Assembly (NCBI GenBank): GCA_964484795.1 | Contig: CAZAFN010000005.1 | Coordinates: 273 to 64,272, forward strand | Reading direction: 5' to 3' | DNA length: 64,000 nucleotides | Source of the DNA: an uncultured Alphaproteobacteria bacterium | GTDB taxonomy: Bacteria > Pseudomonadota > Alphaproteobacteria > Methylaequorales > Methylaequoraceae | Shown here: one piece after another, positions 39,608 to 49,974 of the stretch | Layout of the letters: each line of letters starts with the position of its first letter | Numbering within the stretch: position 1 is the stretch's first letter | Translations under genes and position numbers: made by a program | Notes under the pieces: generated by a model | Told to the model about the DNA's origin: nothing | The model's database searches: none | The model's input: only the letters and a program-made list of their open reading frames with translations

Positions 39608-40504
39608 TTGCAAGAAACTAAAAATCAAAAAATAAAAATGTCCCCATTAGTACTTATAACTCTCTCATGTTTTTTCTTTTCAATTTTAGCTGCGTTAATA
39701 AAATTCAATTCAACATTCATTCATCCAATAGAACAGGCTTTTTTTAGGAATATCTTGAGCATCTTTATTCTACTGCCGTTTTTCGTAAGAAAAAAAATAG
39801 TCATTAATAAAAAAGGAAATATAAAATATCTGATTTTAAGAGGGTTGTTAGGGGGAATAACAATGATTTTGTTGTTTTGGTCATATGCTCTGATACCCTT
39901 GTCTCAAGCAATGTCAATTAGTTTTAGCACTCCATTATTTATGTATTTTGGTAGTATCATCTTCTTTCGAGAAAAAGTTGATAAACAAAATACTCTTCTT
40001 ACTTGCGTAGGTTTTCTACTCACACTAGTGATCATTAGGCCTGATCTTAGCCTGCAATTGGGGACCTTTCTTGCTATTTTAGCAGCCATTACTCATGCCA
40101 CAGCTGGCCTTTTGGTAAAAAAACTCTCTGAAACTGAAACAGTACTTACTTTAATGCTTAGTATGGTAATTCTGATGACTCCAATTACTTTCATTCCCTC
40201 AATATATGTTTGGAAAACGCCTAATTCAGTAAATATTCAAATACTTCTCTTCTCTATTGCACTAGTAGCTACTTTAGGAAATTATTTTTGGACAAAGTCA
40301 ATAAGTATGGAAAAGTTAACCAATCTAATGCCCTTCGACTTTACAAAATTAATATTCGCTACTCTTTTAGGTTTTATCTTTTTTGATGAAAAGATTGACC
40401 TAGTAACATTAATTTGTGGGTCAGGTCTAATATTGTGCAACACATTAATTGCAACCAAAATAAACAAAAATGAAAAAATTAAAACCATACTACCAAATAA
40501 TTAG
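39608..40504 (+). CDS. EamA/DMT-superfamily transporter
   Basis: 10-TM duplicated EamA architecture. Confidence 0.65.
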   Translation: MQETKNQKIKMSPLVLITLSCFFFSILAALIKFNSTFIHPIEQAFFRNILSIFILLPFFVRKKIVINKKGNIKYLILRGLLGGITMILLFWSYALIPLSQAMSISFSTPLFMYFGSIIFFREKVDKQNTLLTCVGFLLTLVIIRPDLSLQLGTFLAILAAITHATAGLLVKKLSETETVLTLMLSMVILMTPITFIPSIYVWKTPNSVNIQILLFSIALVATLGNYFWTKSISMEKLTNLMPFDFTKLIFATLLGFIFFDEKIDLVTLICGSGLILCNTLIATKINKNEKIKTILPNN

Positions 40505-41321
40505 TTGTCTTTTTTTTGCATTTCTTGGACTACAGATAAAAATTATCACCTTGACAGTAAACATCGAAACAATAGTTTTTTTTAGATCCATAATAGGCAC
40601 AATAATTGTTTTTTTTTTAATAATTTTGTCAAAGAAAAATTTTTCAGTTGAACTGATTTATACTTCAAATTTTAAGATTCACCTTCTCAGAACAATCTTT
40701 GGAACATTAGCAATGTATTCTGGTTACAAAGCGCTAGGATTAATCTCTCTATCACAGGCAACTACAATTGGTTTTACAAAAGTTTTTTTTACAACTCTAA
40801 TTGCATCGATTTTATTTAAAGAAAAATTAAAGTCTTTAAATTTATTCTTCATTTTCTTTGGTTTTCTTGGAGTCTATTTAATTACCAATCCTGATGAAAT
40901 AAGCAATCATAATGGTTTTTATCTCAGTTTGTTTTCTGCACTCTGCGTTTCAGGAGGAATACTCTCAATTACCTATCTAGGTAAAAAGGATGAAACGTTT
41001 AAGATTCTTTTTTATCATTCATTAATGTCATCATTAATCTTTTTAGGAATTTTCCATTCAAATATCAATTTTTCCATAAACGATAATTTTTTCAATTTCT
41101 TACTTTTAACACTCACTGCACTTACAGGGCAATATTTCAATGCCGAGTCATACAAAAATGAAGAAACTGGGAAAGTTATTACTTTAAGTTATTCAAGAAT
41201 AATCTTTGCTTGTATTTTGGGATTCTTGTTTCTTGGCGAAAAGATCAGTTTTTTAACAATTTGTGGAATTTTAATTATTATTTTTACAACCTTTTTAATG
41301 CAGAAGAAAAAAAAAAATTAA
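40470..41321 (+). CDS. EamA/DMT-superfamily transporter (second, tandem)
   Basis: 10-TM EamA-like, adjacent to 39608..40504. Confidence 0.6.
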   Translation: MKKLKPYYQIISCLFFAFLGLQIKIITLTVNIETIVFFRSIIGTIIVFFLIILSKKNFSVELIYTSNFKIHLLRTIFGTLAMYSGYKALGLISLSQATTIGFTKVFFTTLIASILFKEKLKSLNLFFIFFGFLGVYLITNPDEISNHNGFYLSLFSALCVSGGILSITYLGKKDETFKILFYHSLMSSLIFLGIFHSNINFSINDNFFNFLLLTLTALTGQYFNAESYKNEETGKVITLSYSRIIFACILGFLFLGEKISFLTICGILIIIFTTFLMQKKKKN

Positions 41322-42358
41322 GGGCATGGATAAGGATTTTCATTATGAATCTTTTCTATTTCCTCTAAAATATCAGATGAAAGTTTTATTTTATGACTAG
41401 AAACATTTTCTTTCAGTTGATCCAAATTAGTTGCTCCAATTATGTTGCTAGTAAGAAATTTTCTTGAGTTAACAAAAGCTAACGCCATTTTTGTAGGAGT
41501 TAGATTTTGATTTATAGCCAAATCATTAAATTTCTCTGAATATTTTAAACCTTTGTCTTTCGTATACCTCGTGAACATATCACCAAATAATGTTAGACGA
41601 GCACCATCAGGTTTGGCACCGTTATCGTATTTGCCAGTCAACATTCCAAATGCCAAAGGAGAATATGCCAAAAGGCCACACTTTTCCCTAACGGAAATCT
41701 CAGCCATACCTACTTCGTAGCTTCTATTAAGCAAAGAATAGGGGTTTTGAACGGACACAACTCTAGGTAAATCATATTGACTAGCAATTGACAAAAATTT
41801 CATCAACCCCCATGGTGTTTCGTTAGATAGTCCAATATATCTAATTTTTCCTGATTTGATATGATCAGACAAGGATTCAAGTTGTGTTCTAACTTCAATG
41901 AAATCTTCTTCTTCTTCATGCTCATAACCAAGCTTTCCAAAAAAGTTGGCCTTTCTATCAGGCCAGTGTAATTGATAAAGGTCTATATAGTCGGTTTTTA
42001 GCCTTTTCAAACTTCCTTCCAAAGCCTGTGTAATTTGTTCCTTATTTAGTCTCGTCTCTTTATTTCTGAACCACTTCATTCCGGATCTTCCAGTAACCTT
42101 AGTAGCAAGAATAATTTTATCCCTGCATTTTTTTATCTCTAACCAATTGCCTATTATTACTTCCGTAGAACCCCAAGTTTCTTTTTTTGGTGGAACGGAA
42201 TAAAGTTCTGCTGTGTCAAAAAAATTTATTCCCTGGTCAAATGAGTAATCCATTTGAGCAAAACCATCTTCTTGGGTATTCTGCTCTCCCCACGTCATTG
42301 TACCTAAGCAAATCAAACTTACTTTAATGTCAGTATTTCCTAAGTTTCTGTATTCCAT
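41318..42358 (-). CDS. NADP(H)-dependent aldo/keto reductase (Tas-like)
   Basis: MEYRNLGNTDIKVSLICLGTMTWGEQNTQEDGFAQMDYSFDQGINFFDTAELY. Confidence 0.85.
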   Translation of the reverse strand: MEYRNLGNTDIKVSLICLGTMTWGEQNTQEDGFAQMDYSFDQGINFFDTAELYSVPPKKETWGSTEVIIGNWLEIKKCRDKIILATKVTGRSGMKWFRNKETRLNKEQITQALEGSLKRLKTDYIDLYQLHWPDRKANFFGKLGYEHEEEEDFIEVRTQLESLSDHIKSGKIRYIGLSNETPWGLMKFLSIASQYDLPRVVSVQNPYSLLNRSYEVGMAEISVREKCGLLAYSPLAFGMLTGKYDNGAKPDGARLTLFGDMFTRYTKDKGLKYSEKFNDLAINQNLTPTKMALAFVNSRKFLTSNIIGATNLDQLKENVSSHKIKLSSDILEEIEKIHNENPYPCP

Positions 42359-42467
42359 AAATTAAATAATTTCCTTGATTTAAAAAAAATGTAACATATT
42401 TTAACTATTAAATAATAGTAGTATAATGTACTACAAGTAAACGTCAAAATTATAGGAGTTACAAATT

Positions 42468-43199
42468 ATGGCTTATGACTATGAAAGAAATGTCAGATCT
42501 AGAGAAACTTCCAGTGAGTTAGATTTAGGCCTTAAGGCCTATATGAGCAAGGTCTACTCTTTTATGGCAGTAGGATTGGTCTTAACTGGCGCAATTGCAC
42601 ACTTAACTGCAGCTTTAGCATTTGATTTTAATACTAATTCATATACATCCGTCGGTAATGCAATCTTCGGTTCACCACTCGGGTTTATTATAATGTTAGC
42701 ACCTTTAGGGTTCATCATTGCTTTAAATGTTGGTGTTGCCAAAATGAGAGAGTCAACTCTCCAGATTTTATTCTGGGCCTTTGCTGGAGTTATGGGTTTG
42801 TCCTTGTCATCAATATTTATTGTATACGAAATGCCCTCCATAGCGAGAGTGTTTTTTATCTCCGCTGGAACATTTGGTGCACTTAGCCTATACGGATATA
42901 CAACCAAAAAAGACCTTACAGGATGGGGATCTTTCTTGTTTATGGGTCTAATAGGTATATTAATTGCTTCAATTGTGAATATGTTTATGGCTAGTTCAGC
43001 CTTACAATTTGCAATATCAGTAATTGGTGTTCTTGTTTTTGCTGGTTTAACAGCTTACGACACGCAAAGAATAAAGGCTATGTACTATGATGGATCAGGT
43101 CAAGAAGGTAAAAAGGCAATAATGGGAGCATTGTCTCTTTATCTTGACTTTATAAATCTTTTCATAATGCTTCTTCAGCTTTTTGGTCAAAGAAGATAA
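42468..43199 (+). CDS. Bax-inhibitor-1/YccA-family membrane protein
   Basis: 7-TM. N-terminal MAYDYERNVRS and a C-terminal basic tail typical of BI-1/YccA. Confidence 0.75.
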   Translation: MAYDYERNVRSRETSSELDLGLKAYMSKVYSFMAVGLVLTGAIAHLTAALAFDFNTNSYTSVGNAIFGSPLGFIIMLAPLGFIIALNVGVAKMRESTLQILFWAFAGVMGLSLSSIFIVYEMPSIARVFFISAGTFGALSLYGYTTKKDLTGWGSFLFMGLIGILIASIVNMFMASSALQFAISVIGVLVFAGLTAYDTQRIKAMYYDGSGQEGKKAIMGALSLYLDFINLFIMLLQLFGQRR

Positions 43200-43211
43200 T
43201 TTTATCTAAGG

Positions 43212-43919
43212 TTGGTTGAATTACATATTCAACCAACCTTCGTTCATGTGAAAAAAATATTTCTTATTTTTTTTCTTACTATATTTTCAGTTAATTCATC
43301 ACCTAAATGCTTTGAGCGTTCAGATATTTTCTTCCACGTCTATAGAAATGGCAGCAAGATTGGTTACCACAAGATTAATTTCTCTAGAAATGAAGATTAC
43401 GTTAAAGCTTCAGTCGAAATAAAATTCGAAGTAACATTTTTGGGATTCGTTGTTTATGATTACTATCACAAAAATGAAGAAAATTGGCTTGATGATAGCC
43501 TAGTGAATTTAAGAACAACGACCGACAAAAATGGGGAATCATTATTTTGCAATCTCAATAAAAAAAATGATGTTTTTGTTGTTGAAGGATCAATTGGAAA
43601 TGAAGAAATTTTCAATAACATAATTCCAACAAGTTATTGGAATCATAAGTTAATAGTTGGTCGGTCTACAAAACACGTTCTAAACACTCAGGATTGTAGT
43701 TTCATTGATTTAAGCATCAAACCATTAGGTGAAAAAGAAATATATGATGTTGCACTCCTAACAAATCATTACAAGCTAACTGGAAAAGAAAGTTCTGGTG
43801 AAGCTCTTGATATTGACATCTGGTATGATCAGAATGAAAACTGGGTAAAAATGATTTTCATTAAGGATGGCAGCAAAATTGAATATTATCTAGATAGGTT
43901 TTATGAAAAAGAACAATAA
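43212..43919 (+). CDS. Hypothetical secreted protein
   Basis: N-terminal hydrophobic segment; no domain recognised. Confidence 0.45.
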   Translation: MVELHIQPTFVHVKKIFLIFFLTIFSVNSSPKCFERSDIFFHVYRNGSKIGYHKINFSRNEDYVKASVEIKFEVTFLGFVVYDYYHKNEENWLDDSLVNLRTTTDKNGESLFCNLNKKNDVFVVEGSIGNEEIFNNIIPTSYWNHKLIVGRSTKHVLNTQDCSFIDLSIKPLGEKEIYDVALLTNHYKLTGKESSGEALDIDIWYDQNENWVKMIFIKDGSKIEYYLDRFYEKEQ

Positions 43920-44664
43920 AAAAGTTGCGTGGATTACAGGAGGTGGCACCGGAATTGGCAAGGAATTAGCAAAAGTTCTTGTTAAAAACAAATGGAATGT
44001 TGTGATAAGTGGAAGAAGAATCGACAAGTTAAATCAAGTTAAAAATTTTGGCAAAAATAATATAACTTCATTAAAGTTGGATATAAGTTCTTCAACACAA
44101 TGCCAAAAAATAGTAAAAAAAATTTTTACAAAATTTGGAAAAATTGATCTAGCAATACTTAATGCTGCTGCTTACAATCCAGGGAATTTAGAATTTGGTG
44201 AGTTAAAAAAAATTAAAAATGTAATTGATGTTAATCTAACTGGTCAAATAAATTGTCTTAGTTATATCGTTCCTTATATGAAGAAAGAAAAATCTGGCCA
44301 GATTGTTTTTATTTCTTCTCCTGCAGGTTTCAGAGGATTGCCAAACGCTGGAATTTATGGAGTAACTAAATCAGCTTTAACTTTTCTAGCCGAAAGCACT
44401 CACATAGAATTGTCAAAATCAAAAATTAAAATTCAGGTCGTACATCCTGGTTTTATTAAAACACCAATGACTGATAAGAATAAATTTCCTATGCCTTTTT
44501 TAATGTCTTCTGAAGAGGCAGCTCAAAAAATATTTAACAAACTGAAATCTCCAGAATTTGAAATCTCTTTCCCTAAAAAGCTAATAATACCAATGAAGAT
44601 TCTTCAAATAATACCTTACAAACTCTATTTTTTTTTAATGAAAAATTTTGTTAAATTAATTTAA
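43903..44664 (+). CDS. Short-chain dehydrogenase/reductase (SDR)
   Basis: VAWITGGGTGIGKELA Rossmann motif and a YGVTK active-site motif (YxxxK). Confidence 0.85.
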   Translation: MKKNNKKVAWITGGGTGIGKELAKVLVKNKWNVVISGRRIDKLNQVKNFGKNNITSLKLDISSSTQCQKIVKKIFTKFGKIDLAILNAAAYNPGNLEFGELKKIKNVIDVNLTGQINCLSYIVPYMKKEKSGQIVFISSPAGFRGLPNAGIYGVTKSALTFLAESTHIELSKSKIKIQVVHPGFIKTPMTDKNKFPMPFLMSSEEAAQKIFNKLKSPEFEISFPKKLIIPMKILQIIPYKLYFFLMKNFVKLI

Positions 44665-44680
44665 TTGAAATAAAAAGTTT

Positions 44681-45208
44681 TCATTGATTAATCTTTAAGA
44701 AAGTTATTGTCACCACACCTATTTTTATTCCCCATTTCTTTACATCTGCTCTATTAATCAAAATATTCCTATCTTGCAAAAACATCCAATCATCAAAATC
44801 TACCGTAACGGTTGAGTTTTTAACTTTTAAATTCAATTTGTAAGTCCAATTCAAAGCATTGCCAACTGCTTTTCCCTTCGCTTCTCCAATCACATCATCA
44901 GCACTGCCAAGATATTTTTTTTCACCCAATATTTTTATTTTCCAAATTCTTTGTTCTTGCTCACCATCATCATATAAAAACTTCTCATTAAGAACTAACG
45001 TGTCTCCATCTTTTTTTCCATCAATATCTACGCTAAATGATCTTTGCAGATTTCCAAATCGGTCATGAAACAACCCCCAAGCCTCAACCTTACCAGAAAA
45101 ATAATCCTCTAATATTAGTTCGGGATTATTATTTTTAAACTTATCTATATCCATATTTGTCGAACATGAAACAACAAAAAACAAAGTAATTACTCTAATT
45201 AGTTGCAT
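44681..45208 (-). CDS. DUF3833-family lipoprotein
   Basis: Lipobox VVSCS and the DUF3833 blocks LEDYFSGKVEAWGLFHDRFGNLQRSF...W.Y.L. Confidence 0.6.
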   Translation of the reverse strand: MQLIRVITLFFVVSCSTNMDIDKFKNNNPELILEDYFSGKVEAWGLFHDRFGNLQRSFSVDIDGKKDGDTLVLNEKFLYDDGEQEQRIWKIKILGEKKYLGSADDVIGEAKGKAVGNALNWTYKLNLKVKNSTVTVDFDDWMFLQDRNILINRADVKKWGIKIGVVTITFLKINQ

Positions 45209-45235
45209 ACTAAATATATGGTACCAGATTCAGAA

Positions 45236-46525
45236 CTATCCATAAATTTTTTTCTGAATTTTTACCTGCTCATTTTGGTTGGATTTAAAATTTATCAGCA
45301 AAAAACCTGAAATTAATTTAAGTAGAACTGGAAGAAAAGCATATGAAAAAAATATAAATCTTTTGCTTTCATTATTTATTGCTTGATTTGTGTCAAAGTC
45401 TAGAATGCCAAGAACTCCAAACACAAATAAACTCATCAAAGCAAAAGAAATTTTATTGATAAAAGTAATAAAAGAAAATAACAACCCAGAAATATCTTCT
45501 TTAAATTTATATTTGTGGATATCCGTTATATCAGCCTGAATGGATGGAGGAATAATTAAATCTGCCCCTAGGCAAAAACCTGTAAGACAAGATATAATTA
45601 TAAAACAAAATAAGTCGCCACTATCTAAAAATAAGACAAACACAAAAAATAATGATGAAAGGGAAAGTGAGACTGCCCAGGTATGGTTTTTGTTTATTTT
45701 TTTACTTAATAAAGTCCAGAATGGTATTCCTAAAATTGCAAAGAGGAAATAAAAAAACAAAACTCTCTGTCTATCAAAATCATTACCCCCGAGAACGTAC
45801 GTGACAAAAAAGGCAAACAAGATCATTGGAAGTACATTTGCCAAACTATTAATTAAAAAAATTGCCATCAATCTGATTAAAGATTTATTTTTCTTTAAGT
45901 TTCTCAATGTTAAAAAAAAATTTTTATTTTCTTTTTTTTGTGTATTTTCAGTTGGCACAAAAAAGCAAATCAATAAAATCCCAATGAACCCAGAAAGAAC
46001 TGCAACATACACCAAATATTCTGCTAATTCTCCACTATTAAATTCAAATATCATTGGCAATCCCAAAGAAAAAAATAGACCCAGTAAAATGAAAAACTCA
46101 CGAGACGCACTAAGCTTCGTTCTTAAAAAATAATTCCTTTCTAGGTCATAACCAATTGAAAGATATGGTATTTGGAACATTGTCCAGCCCAAATACAACA
46201 AACCAACCCAAATCAACAAATAATGCTCATACGGGATGAATTCTAAAACAAAAAGTTTTTTCAACGCAAAGCCAGAAATTAATCCACCAAATATAAGCCA
46301 GTATTTTCTAGAAAAAAATGATTTATCATTTACCCACCCCATTATTGGATCAGAGACTATATCAATAAGTTTTGCTAAAAAAAGGTAGATGCCAATATCA
46401 GAAAGATCATAACCATATTTTTCTGAATAAAGTGCTGGCAAAATAATCATTACAGGAAAAGTGGGGATGGCAAATGCAAATGCTGGAGAAGCATACAGAA
46501 TGTTTCTAAGAGTAATATTAGTCAA
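45236..46525 (-). CDS. MFS transporter (GPH/sugar-cation symporter-like)
   Basis: 12-TM with D-P motifs (LIDIVSDPIMGWVNDK). Confidence 0.65.
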   Translation of the reverse strand: MTNITLRNILYASPAFAFAIPTFPVMIILPALYSEKYGYDLSDIGIYLFLAKLIDIVSDPIMGWVNDKSFFSRKYWLIFGGLISGFALKKLFVLEFIPYEHYLLIWVGLLYLGWTMFQIPYLSIGYDLERNYFLRTKLSASREFFILLGLFFSLGLPMIFEFNSGELAEYLVYVAVLSGFIGILLICFFVPTENTQKKENKNFFLTLRNLKKNKSLIRLMAIFLINSLANVLPMILFAFFVTYVLGGNDFDRQRVLFFYFLFAILGIPFWTLLSKKINKNHTWAVSLSLSSLFFVFVLFLDSGDLFCFIIISCLTGFCLGADLIIPPSIQADITDIHKYKFKEDISGLLFSFITFINKISFALMSLFVFGVLGILDFDTNQAINNESKRFIFFSYAFLPVLLKLISGFLLINFKSNQNEQVKIQKKIYG

Positions 46526-46526
46526 T

Positions 46527-47711
46527 TCAAACTTTCTTTATCAAGAATTGACCAACATTAATATTCCCAGATCTAAAGCCCCCTTCACAATATCCTAAAT
46601 AATATTTCCACATTCGCTTAAATGTATTATCAAATCCCATCTGTTTGATTTTTTCCCATGAACCTTCAAATGAATTCATCCAATGTTTAAGGGTCTTCGC
46701 ATAATGATGCCCAAACATTATTTGTTCCTGAATTGTTAGGCCACTGGAAAAAGCTACTTTCCTCATTTCCTCCACAGAAGGCAACATACCTCCAGGAAAA
46801 ATGTAAGTCTGAATGAAATCTGGAAATCTTCTATAGCTTCTGTAAAAATTGTTTTCAATTGTTATTGTTTGAAGTCCAATGCATCCATTGTGTTTTAAAT
46901 TTTTTTTTAAAGTATTAAAATAAATTGGCCAATACTTCTCACCCACAGCCTCAAACATTTCTATAGAAACTATTTTGTCATAAAAACCTTTTATATCTCT
47001 GTAATCTTTCAATTTAATGTTTATTTTGTCATTTAATTTTTCTTCAAAAACTCTTTTTTTCACTGATTCGTATTGTTTTTTCGAAATAGTAATGGCTGTC
47101 ACTTTGGCTGAAAGATTCTTTGCCAAAAAAATTGAAAAACCGCCCCATCCACAACCAATTTCAAGCACTTCATCATTTTGTTTGATTTGGCACATTCTAA
47201 TTAAATTTTTATATTTATTAATTTGAGCATCATAAAGATCTTCCATACCACTGTTAAACAATGCAGATGAATAGGTCATTGATTTATCCAACCAATATTT
47301 GTAGAAATTATTGCCTAAGTCGTAGTGCATACTTATATTTTTGCGTGACCCAGATTTAGTATTTCTATTAAAGTAATGTTTCAATCTTAGAAACAAAATA
47401 ATGTACCATTTACCACGAATAAATTTTGAGAATTCATGGAAATTTTTGGCACCCCATTCTAAAAAATCACTTAGACTGGATGTATCCCAATTTTCATCAA
47501 TGTAACTTTCTGCCCAACCTAGATCACCTTTTAGAAAAAAATCGTCTAAACATTTCATATTTTTTATTGAAATTTCAGCATTTGGTCCCGGATTATTAGC
47601 TTCAAAAAAAAAAACTTTTTTTTTCTTGTTGTAAACAGAAATCTTTCCGTATTTGCTTTGTGACAAAACACTATAAAAAAGTTCTAATTTTTTTTTTAGC
47701 TCTTTATTCAT
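46527..47711 (-). CDS. Cyclopropane-fatty-acyl-phospholipid synthase-family SAM methyltransferase
   Basis: VLEIGCGWGGFSIFLAKNL SAM motif within CFA-synthase-like blocks. Confidence 0.8.
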   Translation of the reverse strand: MNKELKKKLELFYSVLSQSKYGKISVYNKKKKVFFFEANNPGPNAEISIKNMKCLDDFFLKGDLGWAESYIDENWDTSSLSDFLEWGAKNFHEFSKFIRGKWYIILFLRLKHYFNRNTKSGSRKNISMHYDLGNNFYKYWLDKSMTYSSALFNSGMEDLYDAQINKYKNLIRMCQIKQNDEVLEIGCGWGGFSIFLAKNLSAKVTAITISKKQYESVKKRVFEEKLNDKINIKLKDYRDIKGFYDKIVSIEMFEAVGEKYWPIYFNTLKKNLKHNGCIGLQTITIENNFYRSYRRFPDFIQTYIFPGGMLPSVEEMRKVAFSSGLTIQEQIMFGHHYAKTLKHWMNSFEGSWEKIKQMGFDNTFKRMWKYYLGYCEGGFRSGNINVGQFLIKKV

Positions 47712-47713
47712 GA

Positions 47714-48475
47714 TTATTTAACAGAAGAAAAAAAGTCGTCAGGTTTTTTTGGTTTCTTTATATATATTGCGCCTTTAAAAAACAATTTCAATGCCTGGAT
47801 GTAAATGCCTAAAGTTACCTGAAGATTTTGGAAGATTCTACCAAAAAGAACCTTTAGCAAATTAATTTCGCTCATCTGCCTTGACCTACCAGAAAATGAT
47901 GCTTCAAAAATCTTTTGGTTATTTACTTCATAAAATATAAAAAAGTTTAACAAATTATTGTCAATGCTAAATTTTATCTTATAACTCCCTTTAACTTTAA
48001 AAAATGGTGATACGTAAAATTTTTTTTTAATATTGAAAAATTTTTCATTCCTAACTTTACAAATGTAAGCGTGCCTTTCATTAAATGTGTTGCTCACTTC
48101 GAAAATTATTACCTTTGCATTTTTTTTTTTATCATAACAAACAAAAATTGATATTGGATTAAAAACGTAACCTAAAATTCTTGGCAAGCAAAAAGCTTTA
48201 ATGGATTTAATGTTATAAATTGAATTTTTTTTTAATTTTTTTTGCAAATATTCATAAAGACTCACTTTTTTTTCATTAACTGAACCATGATCATTATCAC
48301 AAAATGTAAAGAAAGAAATTTTATTCCTTCTAAATGTTAAAAAATTTCCAAAATTACAAATGTCAAACCAAAAATAAGTCAACTTGTATTTAAAATTATG
48401 ATTAAATGGTTTAAACCTTGAATGTTTCACTATTCCTTCATACAAGGCATCTTTTGTAAAATTTATTTTAACCAT
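47714..48475 (-). CDS. DUF1365-family protein
   Basis: ALYEGIVKHSRFKPFNHNFKYKLTYFWFDI matches the DUF1365 N-terminus (LY.G.V.H.R..P..H.F.Y...). Confidence 0.7.
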   Translation of the reverse strand: MVKINFTKDALYEGIVKHSRFKPFNHNFKYKLTYFWFDICNFGNFLTFRRNKISFFTFCDNDHGSVNEKKVSLYEYLQKKLKKNSIYNIKSIKAFCLPRILGYVFNPISIFVCYDKKKNAKVIIFEVSNTFNERHAYICKVRNEKFFNIKKKFYVSPFFKVKGSYKIKFSIDNNLLNFFIFYEVNNQKIFEASFSGRSRQMSEINLLKVLFGRIFQNLQVTLGIYIQALKLFFKGAIYIKKPKKPDDFFSSVK

Positions 48476-49710
48476 TCTCTTCTCATTCCTGACATTTTCT
48501 CAGCAACATTTAGTCCTGATTTTATTCCATCTTCGTGAAATCCATACCCTAAATATGCACCGCAGAACCAAGTTTTATTTTCTCCTTGAATTAATTTAAT
48601 ATCTTTTTGTGCCTCAAAAGTTTCACAATTAAAAATAGGGTGCTCATAATGTATAATCTTATAGGTTTTATCTTTTTTAGGTTCTTGACTTGGGTTTAGT
48701 GTTACAAAAATATTTCTACTTGTTTCTAGTTTTTGAAGTTGGTTCATCCAATATGTAACAGAAATTTCATTCTTTCCATTTTCCAAATAATTCCAACTCG
48801 ACCAAACCTTTTTTAATTTTGGCATTAATGATTCATCAAAATGTAAAAAAACTTTATTCTTTTTATATTGTATTTTAGAAAAAATTTTTCTTTCATTCGA
48901 TGCCATATTTTCTAGTATATTTTTAATTTGATCGGCATGAACAGCCAATACCACATAATCATATTTTATTATCTTTTTGTCAATTTTTATCTCCACATAT
49001 TTACCATTTCTTCTTACAACCTTAACATTACAATTTTTTATGGGATTTATATTCTTACATCTAATTATTTTTTCTACGTAATTTCTACTTCCACCAAGAA
49101 CAGTCCTCCATTTTGGTCTGTCAAAAAATTTTAATAAACCATGATTTGAGAAAAAATCCACAAACTCTCTCAATGGATATTTTTTAATATCTTTCAATGA
49201 TGACGACCAGATACTTGAAGCCATTGGATAAATATGGTTGTACTTAAAAAAATCTGAGTAATTTTTCTTGTGCAGATATTCATCAATAGTGGAAAAAGAG
49301 AAATTTTCTTTATCCAACTCGACACTTTTATAAAATCTAACTATTTCAAATAACATCTTAATGAATTTGAGATTTAAAAAATTTGATTTCTGGCCAAAAA
49401 TAGATGACATATTTGATCCTCCATATTCCAGAGCACCTTTATCTTTAGAAAATGCAAATGACATATCACTTTCATAAGATTCTACATTTAGACTTTTAAA
49501 CAAATTACACAGATTTGGATAATTAATTTCATTGAATACTATGAAACCTGTATCAACGGATATATCCATTTCATTAACTTTGATTTTTTCCGTGTTGGAA
49601 TGACCACCAAAGTATGAGTTTTTTTCAAAGAGATCAACTTTGTGACCCTTTGAAAGCAACCATGCACAAGATAATCCTGAAATCCCACTGCCAATAACAG
49701 CTATTCTCAT
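48463..49710 (-). CDS. NAD(P)/FAD-dependent oxidoreductase (amine-oxidase-like)
   Basis: MRIAVIGSGISGLSCAWLL dinucleotide-binding motif. First gene of the operon. Confidence 0.8.
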   Translation of the reverse strand: MRIAVIGSGISGLSCAWLLSKGHKVDLFEKNSYFGGHSNTEKIKVNEMDISVDTGFIVFNEINYPNLCNLFKSLNVESYESDMSFAFSKDKGALEYGGSNMSSIFGQKSNFLNLKFIKMLFEIVRFYKSVELDKENFSFSTIDEYLHKKNYSDFFKYNHIYPMASSIWSSSLKDIKKYPLREFVDFFSNHGLLKFFDRPKWRTVLGGSRNYVEKIIRCKNINPIKNCNVKVVRRNGKYVEIKIDKKIIKYDYVVLAVHADQIKNILENMASNERKIFSKIQYKKNKVFLHFDESLMPKLKKVWSSWNYLENGKNEISVTYWMNQLQKLETSRNIFVTLNPSQEPKKDKTYKIIHYEHPIFNCETFEAQKDIKLIQGENKTWFCGAYLGYGFHEDGIKSGLNVAEKMSGMRREWLK

Positions 49711-49901
49711 TTTTTTAATAAAACATAATATTAGAAATTAAAAAAAAAAAGAAAAAAAAATCAATATATTGTTTGACTTATATAAAAAATCACTATATAT
49801 TGATACTGGGCTAGTATGATTATAACAAAACTTTGTGCAATAACATTCTCCTCAATTTTTTTGTTACTACTAGTTTCAAGTCTATTTTAATTTCCTCCAA
49901 T

Positions 49902-49930
49902 AAAACCCTGGTTCTGCCAGGGTTTTATTG
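49902..49930. terminator. Bidirectional intrinsic terminator (9-bp perfect stem, 5-nt loop, T/A runs on both sides)
   Basis: aaaaCCCTGGttctgCCAGGGtttt: the 49902-49911 stem, ttctg loop, 49917-49926 stem, then tattgtt. It lies downstream of the minus-strand gene(s) 49975..50524. Confidence 0.7.
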
Positions 49931-49974
49931 TTAAATCTAAATTGTAGTCTTATTTTGCTGTTATATTGGGAAGT

